Shown: positions 12,698 through 24,424 of the stretch, piece by piece | Position numbering within the stretch: position 1 is the first letter of the stretch | Layout of the letters: each line of letters starts with the position of its first letter | Notes under the pieces: generated by a model | What the model saw: only the letters and a program-made list of their open reading frames with translations | Database searches by the model: none | Told to the model about the DNA's origin: nothing | Assembly: GCF_044704955.1 (NCBI RefSeq) | Contig: NC_091989.1 | Location: 104,222,001-104,286,000, forward strand | Source: Pristiophorus japonicus | Lineage: Eukaryota | Reading direction: 5' to 3' | Length of the DNA: 64,000 bases | Position numbers and translations under genes: made by a program

Positions 12698-13850
12698 AAG
12701 AACATAAGAACATAAGAATTAGGAACAGAAATAGGCCATCTAGCCCCTCGAGCCTGCTCCGCCATTCTACAAGATCATGGCTGATCTGGCCGTGGACTCA
12801 GCTCCACTTACCCGCCCGCTCCCCATAACCCTTAATAACCAATCATCAGTTCTGTTTCTCTCGTTATTCAAATGGAGAGAGATTACAAAATGTTACGGTA
12901 CAGAGGGGCCTGGGTTTTCTTGTGCATGAGCACAAAAAGTTAATGTACAGGTATAGCAAGTAATCAGGAAGGCAAATAGAATGTTGGCCTTTATTGTAAG
13001 AGGGGTGCAGTATAAAAGCAGGGCAGTTCTGCTACAACTATACAGGGCATTGGTGAGACCACACCTAGAGTACTGCGTACAGTTTTGATCTCCTTATTTA
13101 AGGAGGGATATATTTGCATTGGAGGCAGTTCAGAGAAGGTTGACTACGTTGGTTCCTGAGATGAAAGGGTTGACTTATGAAGAAAGGTTGAGCAGGTTAG
13201 GCCTACACTCAATGGAGATGAAAAGAATGAGAGATGATCTTATTGAAACATGTAAGATACTGAGGGGCTCCACAATGTAGATGCAGAGAGGATGTGTCCA
13301 CTCATGGGGGAATCTGGAACAAGGGGGCATAGAATCAGAATAAGGCTAAATCCATTTACAACCGAAATGAGCAGGAATTTCTTCTCTCTGAGGATTGTAA
13401 GTCTGTGGTACTCTCTGCCCCAGAGAGCTGTTGAGGCTGGGTCATTGAATATATTTAAGGTGGAGATGGATAGATTTTTGAACGACAAGGAAGTGAAGGG
13501 TTATGTGGTGCGGCAGGGAAGTGGAGCTGAGCAAAACATCAGTTCAGCCATTATCTTATTAAATGGCGGAGCAGGCTTGAGGGGACAACTTAATTTAAGG
13601 TGATTGGCAAAAGAACTAAAGGCGACGTAAGAAAAAACGTTTTTAACGCAGCGAGTGGTTAGGATCTGGAATGCACCACCTGAAAGGGTGAGGGAGGTGG
13701 ACTCAATGTAATCTTTCAAAAGGAGTTGGATAAGTATCTGAATGGAATAAAATTGCAGGGCTACGGAGAAAGAGCAGGGGAGTAGGACTAGCTGAGAGGC
13801 GACACGGGCTCGTCGGGCCGAATGGTCTTCTTCCCTGCTGTAACCATTGT
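12698..13850. mobile_element. Cluster of CR1 fragments (minus-strand tail 12698-12840; plus-strand 3' fragments about 12850-13590 and 13590-13850)
   Basis: Degenerate LVRPHLEYC and FFSLRIVSLW segments and 3' UTRs. Confidence 0.85.
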
Positions 13851-15916
13851 ACGACTTTATGTCCAAAAGCTTGGTCAAATTGATAGGTTATCTGTCTTAA
13901 AGGGGAGAGTGGTAGAGAGCCAGAGAGGTTTAGGAATAGAATTCCAGAGCTTGGGACTGCTGAATCTGCGGATGTACAAGAGGCCAGAATTGGAGGAACG
14001 CTGACTTCTCGGAGGGTTGTAGAGCCTGAAGACGTGACAGAGATCCTGATATCCTGCCGGTTAAGTCTGGAGATTTGGAGATTCCCTGCGGAAATTCCAG
14101 GACAAGCTTGTCTTTGTAGACAATATTCGCCGATATTCCACAACACGAGCAGATCACACTGGTGGGAAACGCTGTAATCCCCAGAGAATAGTTTTCCTGG
14201 AGCTGCCAGCGTTCTCTCGCCAGCGACCTGGGGCATCTCCCCGGAATTATAGGGCAATTAATTTGGATTCGGAGATATGAAGCTAATGGAATTTTGCCAG
14301 AGAGTGATGACTTATCCATCGACAACCAATGAAGAGTAAGTTAGGAACAATGTCGCCAATAGCTGATTTAGACGAAACAGAATAAGTCTAACATATTAAT
14401 GGGCAAGTGACCGGGATTTTACACTTCAGTCAGAAGTTGAGAATTTCTAAAAGAAATGAGGAGGGGAAAATCCCCGACAAAATTTAAGAAAATAAAATTT
14501 CAATGAGGGGTTAGCAAACCTATTCCTTCTAAACGGGTTCGGAAAATTGTTGTACAAATCACACAGCGAACAATTACATAAGAAAAGCAGAAAATCTTTC
14601 CACTCCTCAGCCCTCGCACCATTCACCGCGATTAATGCAAAATTCACCCTAACGGATTTTTAAAAGGGTGCGTTATAGTAAAATAAGAAATATTCAAAAT
14701 CAGATTAAACTTCGGTTGTGCATTTCATGTGTTCGGTGTAAGTAGATACAGAAACAAATGCTGCTATAATTTAGCGATGTGCAGATACTAATTGTGGCGT
14801 CATATGTTAAATAACACTGACTGAAGGTTGCGCAAGCACCGAATAATTTGACTGAGCAAAATATTCACTGTTAATTTTAGAATGATTGCTAACGAGGAAA
14901 CTGGGAGGACTGTTCTTCTTCAATAAAGCCATTGGATATTTTACTTCTTCCTGAACAGGTTAATGTTAAATACAATACTTCAAACAGTGCAGAATTCCCT
15001 CAGTACCATATATTATATCCGTGCACACTACCTGTCACCTTTACCATTAAACATTCCTATACCCGCATTTAAAATGGCATTTACTTCTTTAAGTTTGTCA
15101 AGCTGTAAATATGCCCTCTCACCGTTAGACTCATTGCAGCACCATCACTGGCAGGAAGACATAATTACAGCCTAACGGGTTTAGATGGGAAATGTAAATT
15201 ATAACATTAAATTCACCGGACAGAATGTATACGACTTTGAATGGGTATCGAGATATGTATGGATGGACTAGTCCAAATATCACACAGCCTCTAACCCTGC
15301 TTCACCTGATGACTAGTTTCCAGTTTGACTCGCCTTGTGCAGCGCTATGGGAGATTGACTGTATTTTATAAAATTTAACTAAACTTTAAAAAATGGTCGA
15401 TACGTACTTACATAATATAAGCAGAGCAATTCACGTATGATAAGATGCCCTACAACAAGATAATAGGCCTTCGAGAATAGGGTCATATCATTCTGTGGAA
15501 TATTTCAGCAGTTGCTGTTGCTGGACATTATTTATCCTACTTAAAAACAGGATGAGGACGGGAGTTCAAGTTACATTAAATTTAATTAAAAGGGACAATT
15601 TTCCTCTTCTTGTACTTGGAAAAGAGCGTTCGGACTTACAGCCCAGTGCTTCCCGACCATTTGAACCAAGCTTACCTTACCCCACTCCAAACTATACTGC
15701 GAAACCCTGAGAAACCATTCACGTACTTCAGACCCTGATCCATTTCCCAGTGCGTCCTGGTCCTATGACTGGTCCGAATTCTGACCTGATTCAGTGGGAT
15801 TATAAAGGGTTATATATTGAAAATGCGGACAATATTTTTCCAATTCTTTGTTGATCGCGATAGCAAAACCGTCATCAAATTTCACTTCACAGACGAAAGC
15901 TATTTTGCGAACCACC

Positions 15917-15944
15917 ACCACAGGATGTGAAATCTCATTGTGGT
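15917..15944 (+). promoter_or_regulatory. Candidate RUNX/ETS elements upstream of copy B
   Basis: ACCACA (15917-22) overlapping CAGGATGT (15921-28), plus TGTGGT (15939-44), about 85-110 bp before the ATG. Motif match only. Confidence 0.35.
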
Positions 15945-16027
15945 GCATTTCAGATTAAACAATCTGCAACCCCTTCTTACAAACGCACGGTCAATGCAGT
16001 CAGTGATCAGTTGAATCTTTGCTCGGG

Positions 16028-16088
16028 ATGTTGTGGACTGTGATCGTTTTGTTCCTGTTCCTGTCTCTCCCGGGGATCATTTACACAG
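16028..16088 (+). CDS. Copy B exon 1: leader / signal peptide
   Basis: MLWTVIVLFLFLSLPGIIYT plus a phase-1 donor (ACAG|gtgcct) matching the phase-1 V acceptor 182 nt downstream. Confidence 0.85.
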
Positions 16089-16270
16089 GTGCCTTTTTAT
16101 TCTCTACCTAACCATCTCAATAAAAATATCCGAAGTAGTTGAATTAAATTTAGTTGGTCCGTCTGTAATCTACTTTCACTTTTGCATTTCTATATATAAA
16201 TGTGCTCCGAAGTGCCTCGTTCCGCATGGAATACAATTGACTAAACTTTAATTATATTATCTAACGGCAG

Positions 16271-16588
16271 CTGCGAGTACTTCGATCAGCGTGTTTCAAA
16301 CTCCCGAACAAGTAATTCAATTAAGAGGAACAAACATCACCTTCCACTGTGTAATCCCCCTTTCTCATGACAATTCTGGGGTAGAAGTGCTTTGGTGGAA
16401 ACAGGGTGAGAATGAATATCTACAAACAGGAGCCGATAAAAGAAAACGAGTTGGTGTCAAAAATAAAGGAGGCGGTTTCTTTGAGTTGCTGAACCTGACG
16501 ATCCAGGACACTGGATTCTATCATTGCGCAGTGATCCGACTGGGAAGAATTATTGGAAATGGAACAGGATCACACCTAACTGTAGGCG
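16271..16588 (+). CDS. Copy B exon 2: Ig V-set domain with germline-joined J-like segment
   Basis: Phase 1-1, 318 nt, open. SVFQTPE...ITFHC...LWWKQ...ELLNLTIQDTGFYHCAV...IGNGTGSHLTVG; donor G|gtaagt. Confidence 0.93.
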
Positions 16589-17600
16589 GTAAGTGACCGG
16601 AGTGAGCGGGAAGGTCCACATGTATCAAATGTAACAAGGATGATGTTTTGTCATTGTTTCATTGTATCGTCTTTGATATAATAAAACAATTATATTAAGG
16701 TCTCTGATAAATGAAACTCTGCACACAATTGCTAATTATACGGCACAATATCACGTTTCATTTGCTGAGTTGTGTAAAATGCCATCAATTTTAACCAGAG
16801 TAATTAACACGCTACTAAAGCAATGTACTGAGTATGTTGGAAATCTGAAATTTAAATAAAAAATGTTGGAAATACTCAACAGTTCAAGCAGCATCTGTGG
16901 AGAAGGGAATAAAGTTAACGTTTCAAGTCTATGACCTGTCGCAAGTAGCATGTTACTGGATTCATCTCAAAATTTATTTTTTACATCAGAATTCTGATGA
17001 TGGAAGTTGCGGGACAAATTCCAAATATATTGATTACTGGCTGAAAATCTTTCTTATTAATGCCCCGCTCCCGTCTATTTACACGATTCTTGCTCCATTT
17101 CAGATACTCTGTTTGTCCCCGTCGCTGTAAGTGAGGTTTGACATTCTTCTGAAATTAATGCTAATGTACTGATAGAATGATTCCCGTGACGGACTTCAAA
17201 TCAGATTAACTGTAAATCAATGGATTCACTCAACAAACTAGACCTCGAACCATAATTTTGTCGCGTCTTTCGCCTCCAATAAATGAACCATTCCCAGAGT
17301 CTGTTGTTGCCGCCTTTTGACACTGAAGGGAATGTAATTTCGCAAAGCGGTTATCATGCTCCGGCTGTGTGAGCTGTCCGAAATTCACTTCGGCCCTGCT
17401 TTATTATCGGTAATCGACATATAATATTTATTTCTCTCCTGGGGAGACAGACAGACCTACAGTTAAGAACAAACAGGGAACGACCAGGAATAACATTCTT
17501 CTCCCATAACTTATATGTCATACATTCTCCCCACCATCCCCCCCCCCCCACCCCACCGCCCAACCCAGTAATCTGATTTCCCACATTTTCTGTTCCACAG

Positions 17601-17926
17601 TTGCCCCAACTCCATTGAAGATTGTCTCCAAGACATCCAAGAGCAATTCATCTGCGTCTCTGTCTCTTCTGTGTGAAACGGCGGAGTTTTACCCGGGCGA
17701 TTTAACCTTCGTTTGGTATAAAAATGACACAAAAGCCGCAACTGGGGTTATTTCCAATAAACGGCAGAACACTGAGGGACTGTATGAAATGTCCAGCTCT
17801 TTGGAAGAGACGCAGCCTGAGCCGAACGGGGCAGTTTACATCTGTTATTGACTCATAACACTCTCGGGACACCCGTCATTGCCATCCACACTGTTAGCAA
17901 TTGCGATACAGATACGCGGCCAACAG
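17601..17926 (+). pseudogene. Copy B exon 3: Ig C1-set domain with a 1-bp deletion near 17845
   Basis: Acceptor ttccacag|. LLCETAEFYPGDLTFVWYKND...GLYEMSSSL...VYIC then TGA 17849-51. Adding one T restores CLLTHNTLGTPVIAIHTV and a phase-1 donor CAG|gtgagg at 17926. Confidence 0.88.
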
Positions 17927-18334
17927 GTGAGGTCAGCTACTGTTAAATTCTGAAAAGGTTTTCCTTGATTTGCTGGTATTAATAATCATAAAGATAGTTA
18001 GGAAAACAGCGCCTGGGATATATAAAAGAATAGTCAAAATTGATGTTTCAATATAAAATATTATTGACCGGCACTTGTGTAAAACCAGAAATAATATTAT
18101 CGCCCTTCACCCAGAAACTGCGTGTAAAACTTCGACAGCTTCCAAATTATAAAAACAATATGAGCAGGTGGTGTAGCTCTTCCATCCAATTATTTTACAT
18201 GGCTTGCTTATTATTAAACATTCAAATGTGTCCTCTTGTTAAATTGATTTTATTCTTTCTCATTATCTGGTTTCCTTACATGAGCTGCAGGACTAGATAC
18301 GGCAGTTCTTTTTTCCGCCTTGCGTGTCTCCCAG

Positions 18335-18434
18335 TGCGGCTCCTGATTCCGGCCTCTTTTGGGCGATTCACTCTGAATTGGTCAGGAATTAGCCTTGCGG
18401 ACTGGCTTTAGCGCGAATGCTCCATGATACAAAG
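18335..18434 (+). pseudogene. Copy B: candidate degenerate transmembrane exon
   Basis: GC-rich block after a strong polypyrimidine acceptor (ttttttccgccttgcgtgtctcccag|), ending AAAG|gt like the TM exon of copy C. Only partly hydrophobic and needs frameshifts (VRLLIPASFG...GISL/GLALARMLH). Confidence 0.3.
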
Positions 18435-18674
18435 GTTCGGAGCGAGAACCCGTTTCATACATCTTATTACATAAAATACATGTGCAGTTTATTTTTTCTT
18501 CCTATCTGTAGCGCTCACCTCTTCTCTAAATTGAATTTCAACTGCCATTGCTCTGCCAACTTATATATCTAAAGTCATGTTAAGCTTTACTCTAAAATAG
18601 TTTTGAAAGTGCAAACGTGGAAACTGAATAAACATTTTAAGAATTGAATGTAATTACATTCCATTCATTTCCAG

Positions 18675-18718
18675 GTAAACAAGAAAGTGTAACAATACTA
18701 GGCCCTCGTGAAGAGCTG
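18675..18718 (+). CDS. Copy B: short cytoplasmic exon 1
   Basis: catttccag| ... |gtaggt, 44 nt, phase 1 to 0, (G)KQESVTILGPREEL. Phase fits the next exon and the equivalent exon of copy C. Confidence 0.65.
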
Positions 18719-19301
18719 GTAGGTTCATATCATTTACCTAGGAATAGGGTTCCAATATAAATAAATATTGTTATGATGGGGATTTTTTTCAAAACAAATC
18801 ACACAAGTATTTGTCCCTCTTTGATGTGTCATTGAAATCGTGTTTTCACACTTGTTGTGAAGTAGGTGTAAGTGATTAAAGAAAGAGAAACAACGAAATC
18901 GGTAGCTTCACTTAATATATAACTAGGTAATAATTATATGTGCATCTATCTAACCTTTGCTTTTGGAATTTGCTATTATATGTCTAAGATGCTGAAACTA
19001 CCTCTTGTTTAAACATATCTCTAACACTACTGTAGTGAAAATCGACAGCTTGAAATGTAAATTAAAATGAACACACTATTTACCGGCCTTAACATTCACA
19101 GAAATGTAAATATATTAGAAAGATAGAAAATAGGTGCAGGGGTAGGCCGTTCGGCCCTTCGAGCTTGCACTGCCAAAGCTGCGGTTTCTGCATTTTATTT
19201 GCAGCCCAGGTCATTCTGGTTACTGTTTGATCAGCAGTCTGTAAATTGGTGAAGGCAATGATGAAGCCACATAAAAAAATATTTTGTTTCTGCCCATGCA
19301 G

Positions 19302-19403
19302 GGAGCCAAGGACGACATCGTGGCTTATCCTGCAGTAAATTTGAGCAAAGCCAAGAAAACTCCAAGACGTAAACATGAAGAGGAGAGGACAACGTGCGCT
19401 CAG
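19302..19403 (+). CDS. Copy B: cytoplasmic exon 2 with ITIM
   Basis: cccatgcag| ... CAG|gtgggg, 102 nt, phase 0-0: GAKDDIVAYPAVNLSKAKKTPRRKHEEERTTCAQ; VxYxxV ITIM. Confidence 0.8.
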
Positions 19404-19499
19404 GTGGGGCTGAGAAGTAGATAAGAGAAACATAGGTCACCAGTGAAGCGCCAACATTAATGTAAGAGCGGAGCTTTTGGGGTTGTTCTGACTTTGACC

Positions 19500-19527
19500 G
19501 TGCGTGTGTGTGTGTGTGTGTGTGTGT
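19500..19527. repeat. (GT)n microsatellite in the last intron of copy B
   Basis: Direct read. Confidence 0.95.
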
Positions 19528-19599
19528 TATTCTGACGGCTGCCTTGAGCAAACTGATAAAACGACCAATCAGCAAGATTTCCAAACATTGGCTTTTCAG

Positions 19600-19713
19600 A
19601 TAAAACAAGGGACAGTCCGGGACAAGGTGACCTACTCGACTCTGGAATTGTCTGGCCCCGAAAAAGCGGGAAAATCTAAAAATAATAAAAGCACAGAATA
19701 TACCGAGATATAG
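19600..19713 (+). CDS. Copy B: last coding exon with ITIM and ITSM
   Basis: gcttttcag| IKQGTVRDKVTYSTLELSGPEKAGKSKNNKSTEYTEI*; VTYSTL (ITIM), TEYTEI (ITSM). AATAAA at 19842-47 and about 20054. Confidence 0.85.
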   Translation: MKQGTVRDKVTYSTLELSGPEKAGKSKNNKSTEYTEI

Positions 19714-21744
19714 ACGACAACCCCAAAAGAAGTCACTGATACAAAAATGAAGTAGCATAACAATCTTGAGCAAATGAATCACTTTGTTGGTGTATATTGA
19801 TTTATTCCGAAGCCATATCAACTCCACTGATTTCAATGGAAAATAAAATCTGGCGGTTCCTATAAAGGGCTGAAGATTCGTTGGGTTAGTTTAACGTTCA
19901 AGCAGTGAAAGTGTTAATTATCTCCATGTGCAGGTATATCCGTGTTATCCAATTACCAAGATGTAACACATTTTAGTGTCATAGTATATAATACAGCTAT
20001 GACAATTCTTTAATTATTTGGGGATTATTAGTTAGAAATATGTAGATGTTTGTAATAAAACAATTTTCAATTTAAATCTGCGTTATTTATTATATGACGA
20101 TCCTATACTATTTCAATTAGAATAATAGGCTAACTCACATGCTGTAATTATTTACCATCAGATATATATATATATATGGCTGTCTTACATCTCCCGGTTA
20201 AAATTCAGCGATAACACATAAGATACATATGTATGGGAAGGGAACGAAACGGCAAAAACTTGAGTGCTGACTTCACGAGTTGTGGCACTGTAAACAGCTT
20301 CTATTCCAGGCGATGCTAAAGGGGTGGAGGACATGAACTCGTCCATAAACTGTCTGAACTTAATTGGCGTTACAGGAGGCACACTTGCTGAACTCTGTGA
20401 TGTCTACCAATTTCTTTCCTTGTAGAAAAGATGGATTAAACCATGATCTAGGTTTTTTTTTAATCGCCAACCTTCCCAATTGAGATATAAGCAGGCTGTT
20501 TGATTTAAACCCTTAACATGCAAAAAAAGTTCGATTCTAACAAGCCTAAATGAAGAAGGGCATTGAACTTCAAATACACACTCATTTTAGAGTGGTTCCC
20601 GTGTCAGGAAAGAGACAACCCGTGGTTTAAAATGTTAAATTGAGATCTATTTGGGAAGTAGATCAATCAAATTACAGGGTTAGAAGATTGCGCAACTGAT
20701 ACCAGAAGAACACTAGTCCAGCAGTTCCAGTGACCAAGTGGATTGCGAATTTGATCCCCAATCGAAAGACCATCCAAGATGAAATTAATTAGTTGACTCT
20801 TGCTTCGTGCAACTGTGATGTTTGGTTGACTGTGTGCATTATCAAGCAGGAGGATCGGCACAGTACCAAGTGTTTTAGAATCCTGGAATGTTAGAGATTA
20901 GAAACCGGCCATTCACGAACAGAGACTGAAACATTGTCTTTCTCCACATGACCCATGTAGTTTAATTCTATATTCCTCTTCGCTCTTCACAATCTTAAAT
21001 GTTCCACTTATTCATGCAATTCCTTCCCAATGAAAAAGATGATCTGCTTCAACAACGGAATGTGGCAGACTACTCCAAATTCACACACTCTAACCATGGT
21101 CTCTGTAAAGAGTATGTTGCATCCCCATTTTGAGATTATGTAAAATGTACGGCTTCTTGTTACCGTCCACCGGCGAATGGTAATAATTCAATAATCCTTC
21201 ACAAACTTAAATGCGCGTCATTAATCTTCTCAACTGCGTTGATGAAAGCCCTAGCTTCTCGCGTCTCTCCATAACATTAACCACACTTTCCTGGTAATAC
21301 AGTAGCTAACCTATGCTGCACGCTTTCCATGTTTTTCTATCCTTCTTGTGATGGGATGATCATATCAAATCACACCAATTACAATTTAAATAAACTCAAA
21401 TACAACATTACCTCTATGGTTTTCCATTTTATTCTCCTAGACAGAAACTCAAAGGACTGTGTTCGGCCATTTATGATTTGTATGTCTGCACACCAAGTTG
21501 AAGGAGTGTTTAATTTCTCCGCTTTTAACTCAAAAAATGTATTACTGTAAATTTATCTGACTTTTACATCTATTATCCAGCGATGCCTATCAGTGTTCCA
21601 CTGCAGAATTTCACAAGCTCCATCGAAATCTACATCCTGCTTTTCCCATTAGGCGTTATCTTCAAATTTCGGTGTTAATCCCTCAATTCCCGCCGACCGA
21701 TAATTTATGTGTGCAGTAAATAAAAACAGCCCAAATCAGGTAGC

Positions 21745-22830
21745 TGTGAAAAAGCATTCGATAAGGTGCCACACAAGAGGATAGTACACAAAGTTAGAGT
21801 TCATGGGATTGGGGGTAATATAGTAGCATGGACTAAGGAATGGTTAACGGACAGAAAACAGTGAATTGGAATAATTAGATCATTTTCGGGTTGGCTGGGT
21901 GCAACTTTATTAGGGCTTGGGCCTGAAATATTTAAAATCTATATCAACGACTGAGGGTTATGCATCTAAGTTTTCTGACGACACACAGTTAGCTGGGAAA
22001 GTATACTGTGAGGAGGAGGCTAAGAGGCTGCAAATGTATATTGACAGATTATTTGAATGGTCACGCACATGGCAAATGATCTATAATGTGGGACATGTGA
22101 AGTTATCCATTTTTGTAGGAAAAATCGAAAAGCAGAATATTGTTTAATATTGAGAGACTAGGAACCGTTGCTATTCAGAAAAACCTGGATGAACTTGTAC
22201 ACGAATCACAGAAATTTAACATGCAGGCAAGCAACTAGGAAGACAAGTGGTATGTTAGCCTTGATTACAAAGGGTTTGGTGTATGAGTAAATAAACTTAC
22301 TACAATTAAATAGGGCCTTGGTGAGACCATACCTGGGGTACTGCGTACAGTTGTGATATCTGTACCCAAGGTAGGTTATGCCTGCCTTGGAGGGAGTGCA
22401 ATGAAGTATCACTAGATTGATTCCTGGGATGAGGGGACTTTGATATGGGGACAGATTTAGTAGTATAGGCCAATATTACCTAGAATTTCGAAGAATCACA
22501 GGTGATCTCATTGAAACATACAACATTATTAAAGGGATTGACAGGTTGGATGCTCAGAAAATATTCCCCCTGGCTGGGGAATCTAACTAGGGGTCACAGT
22601 CTTATTTAGGGCTAACATGAGGAAACGTTTCTTCCTCAAAGGATTCCCTTCACCAGAATGCTGTGAAAGCTCAGTCGTTGAGTACATTCACGACAGAGAT
22701 CGTTATATTTCTGGATACTAAAGGAGCAAAGAGATATAGGGATAATGCGGGAAAGTGGAATTCCGGTAGAAGGACTTATTGGATAGCAGAACAGGCTCGA
22801 AGGGCCGAAGGGCGTACTCCTGATCTGGAA
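21745..22830 (+). mobile_element. Older degenerate CR1 fragment
   Basis: [15 protein letters not shown] and LVRPYLGYC remnants with a 3' UTR. Confidence 0.88.
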
Positions 22831-23592
22831 AAATATCATGAATCTAATAAGTTCTGGAAAATCAAAACCAATGGATGCACTATCCTTTTAAAACACTGGA
22901 ATTTTTGCTATACTAACAGGTGTTGCTAAATACTGATACCATCGCGTGCGTTTCTAAAGCTAAATAAAGAACATGGCTCTGTAGCTCCCCTCCACTGCTG
23001 TAGTTCAAGTTTTAAATTTAGCTCTTAATAAGCAACACTCTGAAGACATACCGCGTGTTGCATAGCAAAAGTTATTACGCCTCATAGTTCGGTGTAATTT
23101 CAGAGACAGCCAATGCTCATATTAAACGGAGATTCTGTTTCATATATCCCCTGTAACCTTTTCTAACCCCACTTTCAACTGGAATCTGGAATTGCGTCAC
23201 CTTAAGGCGGCTGAATCATTTAAGTGTATAAGTGTATCCCTAAATAGATTTTCGAGCATTTCGTTTATTTATCTACACATAAGTTTCAGTACAGTAATGG
23301 TATCCATACACCTGACATTTCACATAAATGAATGTACTGCATACTGTAATATTGATCACATGGGCTTCCAATATGTAAGTTGTGGACAACTGTCTAAAAT
23401 GTCACAAGTATTTGGTTAAAATTATGCATATTTTATTCAATCGCCTTTTAATTGTGACAATTTTAAGAGGTGTGTTGCTAAATTAAAATTGTCCCTTGTT
23501 ATACACCTTATACAGGTTGTACGCGCCCAAGGACTGTATTTCGAAAAGAATTGTTGTTGCGACATCTTGCTGTTCAACTTCATTCGGACAAT

Positions 23593-24424
23593 GGGTTCAA
23601 TTTTTGGAGGGAGTCAACAACATTTTAAATATCCATAATAAATTAGAATTTTTTTTAACTGAGTACATGAAAGTTTCTTGGATTTCTGAAGATTTCATTT
23701 TTTTTACTCACAGGCCACCACTGAACATCCTCAAGCAGTAGCGTCAGTTATCAGAATCGGCCCTGTGCCCGGACACAGGTCTCGGGGTTCAGAGCTCGGG
23801 GGCCGAGATGGCGATCAGAAGGCTGCTGCACTAGGCACAAGACTGCAATGAGTTTGGGGGGAAGAGGAGAAGAGGAGAAGTCACAAGACTGCAATGACTT
23901 AGGGGGATGGAGAAGGGGAGAAGTCACAAGACTGCCATGCGTTGGTGGGGGGAGGAGAAGTCACAGGATCTGGGTGCGGTCCATCCATACAGGCCTTGGG
24001 GAAAGAGAACAAAGAACCTGTCCTGCCTGCCTTCCTCCCGTTTTGTGCTTCATGCAAAGGCAAAATGCTCTCACGCAGCAGTCAACGCTGTCACACACAC
24101 AACTGGCTCCTTAAAAATGGCCGATTGCCAACCCGGAGCTATACTGCGCATGCACGTCCATTGAAATAATGTCCAAAACTTCACTTTTTTCCGTGCATGC
24201 CCACCGTTTTTTCAGTGCAGGCAGCAAGCTCCACCCCACCCCATCCTCACACACACCTCCCCACACCCCCAACCGCCAAGCGACTGGTCAAGCTTTGCAG
24301 CACCAAATTTGAATTGTACAACCAGGAAACCTTGGCAAAATATTTCTGGTGCATTTCTGACCTAGAAAAACGGGCATAACTCTGGCAATATGCCAGAACA
24401 TGGGCTTGAGCAAAATTGAGCCCC
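23593..24424. mobile_element. Candidate non-autonomous DNA transposon (MITE) containing an about 40-bp minisatellite
   Basis: Termini GGGTTCAATTTT ... AAAATTGAGCCCC are inverted; three aagactgc...ggagaagtcac units at about 23839-23964. Confidence 0.5.

Noticed and set aside
13703-14325. 184-aa and 131-aa minus-strand ORFs
   Set aside because: Span repeat fragments, no recognisable domain.
16271-17926. Rearranging TCR or Ig light-chain cluster
   Set aside because: V and J-like segments lie in one exon with no RSS heptamer/nonamer seen, and the gene ends in ITIM/ITSM exons rather than a TCR or Ig tail.
18040-18411. 123-aa ORF with a hydrophobic LILFFLIIWF stretch as the copy B TM
   Set aside because: No fitting splice sites; the stretch is T-rich intron-like sequence. 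Cannot be fully excluded.
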